From positions 426,259-490,258 of the forward strand of contig JBPOFY010000003.1 of NCBI GenBank assembly GCA_051252375.1: DNA of 64,000 nucleotides. Direction: 5' to 3'. A program made the position numbers and the translations under genes. Below are positions 50,276 through 60,406 of the stretch, piece by piece. The notes under the pieces were generated by a model. It was not told the DNA's origin. It saw only the letters and a program-made list of their open reading frames with translations, and did not search any database. The DNA is from Opitutaceae bacterium (GTDB lineage: Bacteria > Verrucomicrobiota > Verrucomicrobiia > Opitutales > Coraliomargaritaceae). Each line of letters begins with the position of its first letter. Position 1 is the first letter of the stretch.

Positions 50276-51661
50276 ATGTATACACTCACTCGATTAATAC
50301 TCACGTTCAGCGCTTTTGCGATGTGCTCTGCTTTATTAGCGCAAACACCGCGACCGAACGTGCTCATATTCTTTATTGATGACCTCGGTTGGAACGATGT
50401 CGGCGTCAATGGTTCCACTTTTCACGAAACGCCACATATTGACGCACTGGCTGCGAGTGGGGTGAACTTTAAACGCTCCTATTCGGCTAATCCAGTTTGT
50501 TCGCCCACTCGGGCGGCATTAATGACGGGCAAAGCACCGCAACGGGTGGGCATCACTCAGTGGATTCCCACGGGCAGCAAGATTGCGCTGCCTTTGTCGG
50601 AAGTAACGATTGGCGAAGCCTTTCTTGAAGCGGGTTATCGCACCGGTTACATCGGCAAGTGGCACTTGGGCAAAGAGAACGCGGCGCAGCCTGAGTATCA
50701 AGGATTCGAATACACCAAGGCGGTCAATCGCGCTGGGCAACCAGCCTCATTCTTTTACCCTTTCGGGAAGCGCAAAGGCGGCAGCAGTGTGCCAGACTTG
50801 AATGACTATAAGAAAGGCGATTATTTGACAGATGCGCTTACGGACAAGGCGATCGAGTTTATCGATCAAAGTAGTGCTAAGCCCTTCTTTCTTTGTTTAT
50901 CGCACTACGCCGTGCATACACCGATTCAAGCACCTGCGCCTTTAGTTGAGAAATACAAAGCAAAGAAGATCGAAATGTATGGTGCAGGCAAACCTCAGCA
51001 GGTAGAGGAGAAATACAATACGCTCGCATCTACGCGCCAAGAAGACCCGACTTACGCAGCGATGATGGAGAACCTCGATTGGAACATTGGGCGCGTAATT
51101 GACCATTTGAAGGCAGCGGGTGAACTGGATAACACAATCATTCTATTCACGTCAGATAATGGCGGCCTCGCTCATCGAAGACGGGACTTCGCTCCGACGA
51201 GCATCGCACCCCTGCGTTCTGGTAAGGCGTGGACCTATGAGGGTGGTATACGTATCCCCACGATCATTAGCTGGTCGGATCACATAAAGCCCGCGACCAC
51301 TGAGGCTCGTCTCATTACTATGGATATGTATCCGACCTTGCTGGATCTGGCGGGATTGCCGCTTAAGCCAGAGCAGCATTTAGATGGGCATTCATTGAAG
51401 TCTGTAATCAGTGGTGAAGCCAAAGCAGAGGATCGTGTTTTGGCTTGGACTTACCCGCACGTGCATGGGAGCGGACACAAGCCTTCGGACGCGATTTTGG
51501 TCGGTGACTGGAAGTTGATTCGTTTCGAGAGCGATGAGCCAACGGAACTCTACAATCTTTCTACAGACATCGGTGAGAAAAAGAATCTAGCTAAACAATA
51601 CCCAGAGAAGGTGCAGAAATTGAACAAGCTCTTAGATGCCTGGCTAGAGCAGACGAATTAG
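50276..51661 (+). CDS. Sulfatase (S1)
   Basis: PNVLIFFIDDLG, CSPTRAALMTG, GKWHLG, YAVHTP, SDNGG, YEGG. Confidence 0.95.
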   Translation: MYTLTRLILTFSAFAMCSALLAQTPRPNVLIFFIDDLGWNDVGVNGSTFHETPHIDALAASGVNFKRSYSANPVCSPTRAALMTGKAPQRVGITQWIPTGSKIALPLSEVTIGEAFLEAGYRTGYIGKWHLGKENAAQPEYQGFEYTKAVNRAGQPASFFYPFGKRKGGSSVPDLNDYKKGDYLTDALTDKAIEFIDQSSAKPFFLCLSHYAVHTPIQAPAPLVEKYKAKKIEMYGAGKPQQVEEKYNTLASTRQEDPTYAAMMENLDWNIGRVIDHLKAAGELDNTIILFTSDNGGLAHRRRDFAPTSIAPLRSGKAWTYEGGIRIPTIISWSDHIKPATTEARLITMDMYPTLLDLAGLPLKPEQHLDGHSLKSVISGEAKAEDRVLAWTYPHVHGSGHKPSDAILVGDWKLIRFESDEPTELYNLSTDIGEKKNLAKQYPEKVQKLNKLLDAWLEQTN

Positions 51662-51705
51662 CGAAAACCATTCGCAGATTAAATTTAAAAAAAAACAGAG
51701 AAATC

Positions 51706-53769
51706 ATGAAACATATCCCAATAGTATTAATCCTTTCGATTGTATCGCTGTGCTCGGCTTTGAATGCGGAGTCCATTGTCGTCTCTGGCGCCTCGACTGG
51801 ACTGATCGTCGAAAACCTAAACGCGGCAAAGCCGGACAAGGCGGGCATCGTTCTCAGTCGTGAGGTGGAGTTACCTCAGTTTGAGAAGGGGGTGTTTTAT
51901 CGACCATTCACTGCGCGCAATGGAAAAGGCGGCAGCATAGCTCGTGGTAATCGTGTGGAGGCTGTCGCTTTCAAATCGATTGCTGAATTAGAGGCTTACC
52001 AGCCATCCAAAACACGCAAAGCCCATGATCATGTGCAAGAGGGGCAGTTCATCTTGCTTCAGCTTCCGAAGGGTAAGTATATGGCTTTGTTGCCAATGAC
52101 TTCTAAAAGGACGTTCGGTCAATTCTTTATCGAGAATGGCAAACTCATCCTTAAGTCAGGCAACTATGGCACCAATGCGATTGATGGTGAGATACCACTG
52201 GTTTGCTGGGCTTACGGTGAGTCACCTTATGCAGCGACCAAAGCAGTTTGGGATCAAGTTTTTGAGTCAGGCTTTGTCGCCGCTCAGCCTCGTTCGACCA
52301 AGCAATATCCTGAGGAACCTTATGGTTATCTTGGCTGGTGTTCGTGGGAGTTTTACAAGACGAAAATTTCCGAGAAAATTATCTCCGATGCGTTTCATAC
52401 GATTGAAGACAACAGTGCACCCATCCGTTGGGTGATGGTGGATGACGGATATTTGGATCAGGAAAAACGTATGCTGAAAAGTTTTGGCGTTGATCAGAAA
52501 AAATTCCCCAATGGTTGGGCTCCGATCGCTGCTTTGAAGAATGATGAGCAAATTAAGTGGGTCGGTATTTGGCGTAATTTTGGCGGCTACATGAGTGGTG
52601 TGTCTGCGAATCACACCATGGATGACTTGAAGCCTTATCTTAAAAAGATGAAGAACCCGCGTATGGTATTGCCCGATAATACACCCGAAGCGTCGAAGGC
52701 TTTTTATGATAAAATGGTCAGTGATACGAAAGATAACGGCTTTGATTTTATTAAGGTCGATTTCCATTTTAAAACCTTTGAGCACTATATCGGATCTACA
52801 GATGCTGTTGAAGCGATGCGTCAGAACAACGAAGCGCTTGAGAACGCTACGCATTCGATGGGCATCCCTCTACTTAACTGTATTGCGCAGCCGAACATTA
52901 ATTCACTGCAAACTAAATACAGCGCGCTGACTCGTTCTAGCCCTGACTACAATCAGAAGGATAAAGACAAAAATAAGTCGAATACCTACCAGAGCTTTGC
53001 AAACCACCTTTGGATGTCACAGACCTTGTGGGGTGACCTTGATATGTTCCACTCACACGATGAGCGCGATGTGAAGCCAATGGCCATTGCTCGTGCTATT
53101 TCTGGTGGACCGGTTTACATCTCTGATGAGCCTTCGAAGATTCATGCCGACGTCTTGATTCCATTCGCCTACGAGGACGGTAAACTGCTGCGCACTTCTG
53201 CACCAGCAACGCTGTTACCGGAGAGCTTCTTTATTCATCCTTTCCGTGATGACCATGTCTTCCGCGTGGTCGCACCCATGGAAGATGGGGTGGCTGCCAT
53301 TGCGTTATTTAACTTCACAGAGAGCGGCAAAACACTGAAGAGTGGTTTTTCCGCAAAGGACTACAGCCATGCTGGTGAGCTATTGTCTAATGGCGCTGCG
53401 TGGACCGCGCCTGCCGAAGGCTTGTTGGTCTATGACCGCGAAGCCAAGAGTGTGGTGGAGCTAGGTAATGGTTTCTCTACCGAGGTGTCTAAGTTCGACG
53501 CGAAGCTGTTCCTGATCTATCCGAAGGTTAAGGGCTGGGCAGTGATCGGGCGCATCGATAAATACTTGCCGGCTGCGGCGGTGGACGTGCATTCCGCTAC
53601 GGACGATCAGATCACTTTTACTCTGAAAGAATCTGGTCTTGTTGCGCTTTGGAGCGAGAAGGGTGCACCGAAAATGGAAGGTGCTTCATTCGAGTCACTA
53701 GGCAACGGTTTGTATGTTGCGAATCTATCCGTTTCAGCTGGGGCAAAAGAGCTGATTATTCAGCGCTAA
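51706..53769 (+). CDS. Sip1/raffinose-synthase-related alpha-galactosidase (GH36 group, clan D)
   Basis: GWCSWE, VMVDDGY, IKVDF, DLDMFHS, ARAISGGPVYISD; signal peptide. Confidence 0.85.
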   Translation: MKHIPIVLILSIVSLCSALNAESIVVSGASTGLIVENLNAAKPDKAGIVLSREVELPQFEKGVFYRPFTARNGKGGSIARGNRVEAVAFKSIAELEAYQPSKTRKAHDHVQEGQFILLQLPKGKYMALLPMTSKRTFGQFFIENGKLILKSGNYGTNAIDGEIPLVCWAYGESPYAATKAVWDQVFESGFVAAQPRSTKQYPEEPYGYLGWCSWEFYKTKISEKIISDAFHTIEDNSAPIRWVMVDDGYLDQEKRMLKSFGVDQKKFPNGWAPIAALKNDEQIKWVGIWRNFGGYMSGVSANHTMDDLKPYLKKMKNPRMVLPDNTPEASKAFYDKMVSDTKDNGFDFIKVDFHFKTFEHYIGSTDAVEAMRQNNEALENATHSMGIPLLNCIAQPNINSLQTKYSALTRSSPDYNQKDKDKNKSNTYQSFANHLWMSQTLWGDLDMFHSHDERDVKPMAIARAISGGPVYISDEPSKIHADVLIPFAYEDGKLLRTSAPATLLPESFFIHPFRDDHVFRVVAPMEDGVAAIALFNFTESGKTLKSGFSAKDYSHAGELLSNGAAWTAPAEGLLVYDREAKSVVELGNGFSTEVSKFDAKLFLIYPKVKGWAVIGRIDKYLPAAAVDVHSATDDQITFTLKESGLVALWSEKGAPKMEGASFESLGNGLYVANLSVSAGAKELIIQR

Positions 53770-53778
53770 TCAAAGCGT

Positions 53779-55644
53779 ATGATTTTTCCACGAGTTCTTA
53801 GTTTTGGGTTCGGCTTATTGACGCTATCGTTGATGGCGACAGCAGCCTTGCCACTAGGCAAGGGCAATGACACCGCTGCGACAGGCGAGTGGTGGACGAA
53901 GGAATTCAAAGGTGGAAACGAGTGGATGAATCTGAAGGTGCCTCGCGACGAGGTGATCGGGTTCGCGCTTTACACGACATTTGATGACACGCTGAAATTG
54001 ACGGCACAATTCTATCCTCTATTACCTGACGAGCCGAGAGTGGCGCGTCTGGAAATTGAGCAGGACGGTAAGTGGGTGGAGGTCGCGCAGTCTGAGATTC
54101 ATGAATTGGGTTGGTCGGCGCATTTCCGTGTCGAAGACTGGGATCAATCTATGGACGCCAACTACCGCGTCCGGCATGGCGATAATGCCAGCTACGCAGG
54201 ACTTATTCGAAAAGATCCGATCGATAAAGAGACGATCACCGTGGCTAGTCTTTCCTGTAATTCTAAGAAAGACCGAGGCGACCGCGAAAGCATCGTTCGT
54301 AATATTCGTATCCAGGATCCGGACTTGCTCTTCTTTGCGGGTGATCAGAGTTACGACCACAAAGAGCATACTGCGGCATGGTTGCAGTTTGGTCGACAGT
54401 TTGGGGAATTGATGCGTGATCGTCCGACGATTACGATTCCTGATGACCACGATGTCGGTCAACCAAACCTCTGGGGAGAGGGCGGTAAGGTCTCGACGCT
54501 CAAGGGCGCCTCCGACGGTGGTTATGTGCTGCCTGCCGAATATGTGCGCATGGTGGAACGTTGCCAGACTTGGCATCTACCGGATGCGGTAGACCCTGAG
54601 CCGGTTCAACAAGGGATAGGAGTCTATTTTACACGCATGACAGTTGGTGAAATCGACTTTGCCATTTTTGAAGACCGTAAGTGGAAGAGTGGACCTGCGG
54701 GCAAAATTCCAAAACAAGGTCCACGTCCAGATCACATTAAGAACCCGAAATACGATCCGAAGTCAGTGGATGTTGAAGGGCTGGTTCTACTCGGGGACCG
54801 TCAGCTTAAGTTCCTACATGAATGGAGCCAGGACTGGACAGGCACGAAAATGAAAGCAGTGCTTTCGCAAACACCTTTTGCCGGAGCGGTCACCAATCAT
54901 GGAAGTATTAAAAACCGTCTGCACGCGGATATGGATTCCAATGGCTGGCCGCAGACTGGGCGCAACAAAGCTTTAATTGAAATCCGAAAAGCACTTGCGC
55001 CACATCTTTGTGGTGACCAGCACCTCGGGGTGACTTTTCAACACGGTATCGATGCGTGGAACGACGGTCCTTGGTGTCACAGTTCGCCTGCGATCGTGAA
55101 TACGATTTATTCACGTTATTGGCTCCCACTAAATGATGCGGCTGGCAAGAATCGGAATCCCTCCGATGTGTTGCCTTTTACTGGCGAGTATTTCGACGGT
55201 TTTGAAAATAGGATCACTATGCGTGCATACGCCAATCCCGATAAAAGCAACGCCAAGGGTAGCGGTTATTCTATGGTTTATTTTAACAAGACAGCGCGAA
55301 GCATTACCTTTGAGAACTGGGCTGCGAATGCGGATGTTTCTAAAGGCGACAAACCTTTCGCGGGCTGGCCCATCACCATTCAGCAATGGGATAACGATGG
55401 TCGTGATGTGGTCGGCAATCTTGGCGTGATTACCGTGGAGGGCGTTGATAATCCAGTCATTCAAGTTGTCTCCGAGAAGAGCGGGGAAATACTCTACACC
55501 TACCGGATTCAGGGTAACCTGTTCACGCCTCCTGTCTATGCGCTCGGCACCTACACGGTGAATATCGGAACAGATCTGCCAGATGTAAAATCTTTGAAGG
55601 GACTGACTATTGGTGGTCCGTCTGTTACAATTCAGCTAAAATGA
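53779..55644 (+). CDS. PhoD-like metallophosphoesterase
   Basis: FAGDQSY, PDDHDV, FEDR, LLGDRQLKFL, GDQH. Confidence 0.8.
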   Translation: MIFPRVLSFGFGLLTLSLMATAALPLGKGNDTAATGEWWTKEFKGGNEWMNLKVPRDEVIGFALYTTFDDTLKLTAQFYPLLPDEPRVARLEIEQDGKWVEVAQSEIHELGWSAHFRVEDWDQSMDANYRVRHGDNASYAGLIRKDPIDKETITVASLSCNSKKDRGDRESIVRNIRIQDPDLLFFAGDQSYDHKEHTAAWLQFGRQFGELMRDRPTITIPDDHDVGQPNLWGEGGKVSTLKGASDGGYVLPAEYVRMVERCQTWHLPDAVDPEPVQQGIGVYFTRMTVGEIDFAIFEDRKWKSGPAGKIPKQGPRPDHIKNPKYDPKSVDVEGLVLLGDRQLKFLHEWSQDWTGTKMKAVLSQTPFAGAVTNHGSIKNRLHADMDSNGWPQTGRNKALIEIRKALAPHLCGDQHLGVTFQHGIDAWNDGPWCHSSPAIVNTIYSRYWLPLNDAAGKNRNPSDVLPFTGEYFDGFENRITMRAYANPDKSNAKGSGYSMVYFNKTARSITFENWAANADVSKGDKPFAGWPITIQQWDNDGRDVVGNLGVITVEGVDNPVIQVVSEKSGEILYTYRIQGNLFTPPVYALGTYTVNIGTDLPDVKSLKGLTIGGPSVTIQLK

Positions 55645-55793
55645 GGCTCTTTTTTAGTTAAGCTGTCAAATCGATGCAATTTCTGGTGTTTAGTGTATAA
55701 TAAGTAGAATTGACGCCTCGTATTGCCCTCTCATTTGCAGTTCTAATTTGTCTAGAAAAGGTAGAAATCGAAGTCCCTACAGAAAAAATACCA

Positions 55794-58700
55794 ATGAAGA
55801 GAATTACCCTATTTTTTGCGCTCATGCTATCTATTGGCAGTGGGGTTACTTATGCTGGACAAACGGAGCTGCTAGATGCCTATACCGTGCTGGAAGATCA
55901 TATCAACGGAGTGGCTACGCTTAATAACACTCAGATCAATGCGCAGAAGACCATAATTAATAGTAACAAGCAGCATGCCGGTGATAATACTACGATGATC
56001 ACGGCATCCTTTGATTTGATCGATACCTACGAATCGGTAAAAGGCGCATTGTTTATAAATTCCACGACCAATAGTTCATTTTCTCGAACGGATGCCTCCA
56101 ATGCAAACAAGGCACTCGCGCTTGCCATGTTTGTCGTTTATCAGGCCGTCGTCGACGATGCCTACACTCCTTGGACGCTCGCGAACCATCAGGCTGCTTT
56201 GGTTGGTAAAAAGTTCGTATCAGCGAATTACTTCCCTGGTAATGTGACTGCTCCAGCCAATCCGACTGCTGTCTACTCCGTGCAGATCAATGCTTCGCAA
56301 CCAGTAGCTTGGGGCTATGAAGTGCAATTCCAGCAAGAATCGGCTCGTCGTCCGACTGGAGCCTATTTGGCTCCGGGTAGCATCGCTACAGTCACTGTTC
56401 CGGCCTCGCTCGTCGGTAAGGGATATGAGATCCGAGTGGGAGCTCACGTTGCCGACCTTACAAATAGGCCCAATGATTATAAGCGTTTGAACCGCGTGAC
56501 GCTGACCTATGCGATCAACAGCACCTCGACAGAAATTGCCAGCCCGCTCGGTGGCGGCATTTATATTGAGGTGCCCTATGGGGAGGACGAAGGTCTGGTG
56601 ACAGTTGATTTCCAGAACACAGTGCGTGCGCCATTCTATTCTAACTCGGTTGCCCGTCAGACGACACTAAGCGAATGGCAAAATACAGAACGTAGCCACC
56701 CCGGGAAATGGGCCGACTTTGAGACCGATAAGTTCATGATCACGGTTCCCAGAAACTGGATCTATAACTATGGTGACCCGGTCACGTTGATGCAAAATTG
56801 GGATTTAGCGATGGATGCGTGTTCAGATTTACAGGGACTACCGCATATCCGACCTAAGACTGTTCTCTATTGCATCATTGATGTGACTTTAGATGCCAAT
56901 GTCTTTTCGCCAGGGTATCCTCAGTCGAATGACAATTGGTCTCCTACCTCGAACGCTGGAGGGAATAAAGATCATGATTATTTGAATGGACCCAAGTTCG
57001 TAAACCACGTTCTTTTCCACGAATTCGGTCACGCGTCATCTATCAATAAGTTCAGTGGTGAGACGGAATCCTTGGTTAATTTGTTCTATGTGCCAGTGCA
57101 TAACCGTATGTTTAACGTGCCGCTCGAAGAAGCCTTCGGGCGTTCGTTGAATACGAATGCGGGTGGTTCCATGAACCGAAAGCATGCTGCAATCAATTGG
57201 GCTATTAATTCACGATTTCGGAACGGCAATGCCATGACCGACACCGAAATGAAATATCAACACCGCGGTTATGCCAAGTATGTCGAAATTGCGGCTCTTT
57301 TTGGTTGGGATGCTCTGGGCGATTTTTGGAAGTCCGTGGCGGAGGATGCCGAGAATGGAATCACCTATAGTAAGAATGCAGATCCCCCCGACAGCCGTAT
57401 TATTCGCATGTCGCGCGCGGCCGGTGTCAATCTTTTGCCGCTGATACATTTCTGGGGCGTTCATCCGAACAATGTGTCCTACATACAATCGACCCTGAAT
57501 TCCGAGGGCATTCGCCCCTCGCCGGCCATTTATGATCGGTTGAAATTTTACCAAGACTCCATCCCAATGACAACAGGTCAATTTCAGGCGCACGATAATG
57601 CTGTGGGCAGCCTCGTTCATATCGATGAGCAACCTCAGTATGACACTTGGCGCACTACATGGACTGCGTCCTTAGGGCAGCAGTCGGTGGATGCGATTCA
57701 GGATATCATTGATACCTATTTTCCGAATGGTCGTCCCATCGCCAGCCTTCCGCATTACGAAGACTTTGAGGACGGCATCGGAGATTGGGCGCAGTCGACG
57801 TATGATGACTTTGAGTGGCGCCGCCATACTAGCGGGACTATGACCGATACAGCTGGTCCCGATGCAGCATCCAGTGGTGACTACTACATGTATGCGGAAG
57901 GTCATGATGCTCCCGGCTCTAATAAAAACGCCTCCTTCCGGTGCACTTTCGATTTTAGTGCCCTTCGCGAAACGACTTTGAGCTTCGATTACCACATGTA
58001 TGGCGCCTATATCGACTTTTTGGCGGTGGACGTCTATGATGGCACTAGCTGGACAAACGATGTATGGATACAGAATGGGCCGCAGCATACAAGCAGCGCC
58101 GATCCCTGGTCCACAGCTACGGTCGATCTGAGCAGTTATGCCGGCAACGATGAGGTGACCATTCGCTTCCGCACGGCAAATACACAATGGAATTCAGCCG
58201 ATCCGGCAGTCGACAACATCAGCATCGAACTGGGACCTTTCCAGGCTATGCAATTGCCTTATTACGAGGGCTTCGAAAGTGGCATCGGAGCATGGGTGCA
58301 GTCGACAGGTGATGACTACGACTGGATACACCATACCGGCGGCACCGTGACTCTCGCTGCCGGCCCAAGCGGCGCGGCTAGTGGCGACTATTATCTGTAT
58401 GCAGAAGGGCATCAAGGCCAAGGCTCGTATAAAGTTGCCTCGGTGGAGTGCGACTTCGACTTTAGTGTGGTTGAGGAAACGATTCTAACTTTCGACTACC
58501 ACATGTATGGCCAATACATTGACTACTTGGCGGTTGATATCTACGATGGCACTAATTGGACCAATGATGTCTGGTTGGCTGATAATGAACAACACACTAG
58601 TAGTGAAGACCCCTGGTCTTCGGCCAGTGTCGATCTCACTAGTTTTACCGGAAATGATGTGGTGACCGTCCGCTTCCGGACCGCAAATACGCTCTGGAAT

Positions 58701-60125
58701 GCCGCAGATCCCGCGATCGACAACATACGAATAGGTCCGGGTCCCATCGCATTGCCCTATGCAGAAGATTTTGAAAACGGTCCTGGCGCGTGGGAGCAAT
58801 CTGTCGACGACGACTACGATTGGACACACCACACGGGCGGCACAGAGACTTTAGATGCTGGCCCCGATGGAGCCTCCAGCGGTGCTTACTACATGTATGC
58901 CGAAGGGCATCACGGCCAAGGTTCTGATAAGACTTCCACGATACAGTGCGTTTTCGATTTCAGCCTCGTTCACGAAACCATCTTAACCTTCGACTACCAT
59001 ATGTTCGGTGATTTTATCGATTTATTGGCGGTAGATATCTACGATGGCACCAGCTGGACAGAGGATGTATGGATCAGGAATGGTGAGCAACATACGGGCA
59101 GTAGTGAGCCCTGGTCGACTGCCACAGTCGATTTGACCAGCTTTACAGGTAACGATGCAGTCACCATCCGCTTCCGAACTGGCAATCTAGAATGGAATGC
59201 AGCCGATCCTGCAATCGATAACATACGTATTAACTACGGTCCATTCCCATTGCCATATGCAGAAAGTTTTGAGGATGGCATGGGCTCATGGCTGCAATCG
59301 AACGATGACGACTACGATTGGACGCATCATACTGGCGGCACCGATACCGCAGCCGCTGGTCCGAGCGGCGCTTCCGATGGCACTTACTATCTGTATGCAG
59401 AGGGTCACCATGGACTCGGCTCCGACAAAACAGCCTCTGTATATTGCGCCTTCGATTTCAGTTCGACCACTGCGCCCGAGATGACTTTTGATTACCATAT
59501 GTATGGCAACTATATCGACTACTTGGCGGTGGATGTCCATGATGGCACCAGCTGGACAAACGATGTGTGGGTTAAAAATGGGAAGCAACATACTAGCAGC
59601 ACTGATCCATGGTCCTCTGCCACGGTCGACTTATCTGCCTATGCTGGTAACGGTAATGTTATATTGCGCTTCCGAACTGCAAATACGCTCTGGAATGCCG
59701 CCGATCCTGCCATTGATAATATCCAAATCGCGGAAGCACCGCCGCTGAGCCCAATCGAGTCTTGGCGTATGTCTCATTTTGGGACTTCAGAAAATACCGG
59801 CGACGCCGCGGACTCTGCGAACCCTGACTTTGATAGATTAAACAACTTCATGGAATTTGTCTTAGTCACGGATCCCAATATTTTCGATTCGCCTTACCAG
59901 TCGATGACAACCAGCGAAATTGCCATGTTGGTCGAATATACCCGACGTAAATCGACTGGATACAGCATCTATGCGGAATGGTCGTCCAATCTACAACCGG
60001 GTAGCTGGAATACAGTAGGCATTACCGAAGCGGTGGCAGATGACGGTGACATCGAAACCGTGACGGTCACAATTCCTTTTGAGCCCACCCAGGATAATAA
60101 ATTCATTCGTGTGGTGGTAGAATAG
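55794..60125 (+). CDS. M60-like zinc metallopeptidase with four MAM domains and a C-terminal domain
   Basis: PTGAYLAPG, SPLGGGIYI, HEFGH...ESLVN; MAM-like repeats (LSFDYHMYG); start refined to 55794. Confidence 0.88.
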   Translation: MKRITLFFALMLSIGSGVTYAGQTELLDAYTVLEDHINGVATLNNTQINAQKTIINSNKQHAGDNTTMITASFDLIDTYESVKGALFINSTTNSSFSRTDASNANKALALAMFVVYQAVVDDAYTPWTLANHQAALVGKKFVSANYFPGNVTAPANPTAVYSVQINASQPVAWGYEVQFQQESARRPTGAYLAPGSIATVTVPASLVGKGYEIRVGAHVADLTNRPNDYKRLNRVTLTYAINSTSTEIASPLGGGIYIEVPYGEDEGLVTVDFQNTVRAPFYSNSVARQTTLSEWQNTERSHPGKWADFETDKFMITVPRNWIYNYGDPVTLMQNWDLAMDACSDLQGLPHIRPKTVLYCIIDVTLDANVFSPGYPQSNDNWSPTSNAGGNKDHDYLNGPKFVNHVLFHEFGHASSINKFSGETESLVNLFYVPVHNRMFNVPLEEAFGRSLNTNAGGSMNRKHAAINWAINSRFRNGNAMTDTEMKYQHRGYAKYVEIAALFGWDALGDFWKSVAEDAENGITYSKNADPPDSRIIRMSRAAGVNLLPLIHFWGVHPNNVSYIQSTLNSEGIRPSPAIYDRLKFYQDSIPMTTGQFQAHDNAVGSLVHIDEQPQYDTWRTTWTASLGQQSVDAIQDIIDTYFPNGRPIASLPHYEDFEDGIGDWAQSTYDDFEWRRHTSGTMTDTAGPDAASSGDYYMYAEGHDAPGSNKNASFRCTFDFSALRETTLSFDYHMYGAYIDFLAVDVYDGTSWTNDVWIQNGPQHTSSADPWSTATVDLSSYAGNDEVTIRFRTANTQWNSADPAVDNISIELGPFQAMQLPYYEGFESGIGAWVQSTGDDYDWIHHTGGTVTLAAGPSGAASGDYYLYAEGHQGQGSYKVASVECDFDFSVVEETILTFDYHMYGQYIDYLAVDIYDGTNWTNDVWLADNEQHTSSEDPWSSASVDLTSFTGNDVVTVRFRTANTLWNAADPAIDNIRIGPGPIALPYAEDFENGPGAWEQSVDDDYDWTHHTGGTETLDAGPDGASSGAYYMYAEGHHGQGSDKTSTIQCVFDFSLVHETILTFDYHMFGDFIDLLAVDIYDGTSWTEDVWIRNGEQHTGSSEPWSTATVDLTSFTGNDAVTIRFRTGNLEWNAADPAIDNIRINYGPFPLPYAESFEDGMGSWLQSNDDDYDWTHHTGGTDTAAAGPSGASDGTYYLYAEGHHGLGSDKTASVYCAFDFSSTTAPEMTFDYHMYGNYIDYLAVDVHDGTSWTNDVWVKNGKQHTSSTDPWSSATVDLSAYAGNGNVILRFRTANTLWNAADPAIDNIQIAEAPPLSPIESWRMSHFGTSENTGDAADSANPDFDRLNNFMEFVLVTDPNIFDSPYQSMTTSEIAMLVEYTRRKSTGYSIYAEWSSNLQPGSWNTVGITEAVADDGDIETVTVTIPFEPTQDNKFIRVVVE
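57747..59730 (+). repeat. Four tandem MAM-like coding repeats (~500 bp each)
   Basis: Units start at 57747, 58254, 58752 and 59250 (LP.Y/AE.FE.G...GP..A..G.YY.YAEGH...FDYHMYG...DPA.DNI). Confidence 0.88.
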
Positions 60126-60406
60126 TGGAGCCCTCTAAGCATAAGTTATTCTCATTTAATAACTGCCTTTTGTGTTCTAGTTACTGAGAATGATTATTGC
60201 TCTAACTGATTTCAGGTATAGCGAAAGCAGCGCATTATTATTGCAGCTTTAGTAGGTCTCTGTTTGGATATTCGCTTCTGTAATCAATTAAAGGATCACA
60301 CTTTTCGTTTACCCGCCGAATGGCATCCCTTGTGACTCCACCCCTTGTGATTTTCGTTTCTAGGAATAGGGTATGGGCAATTGAAGTCTTAAATGCTCTA
60401 TAACAA

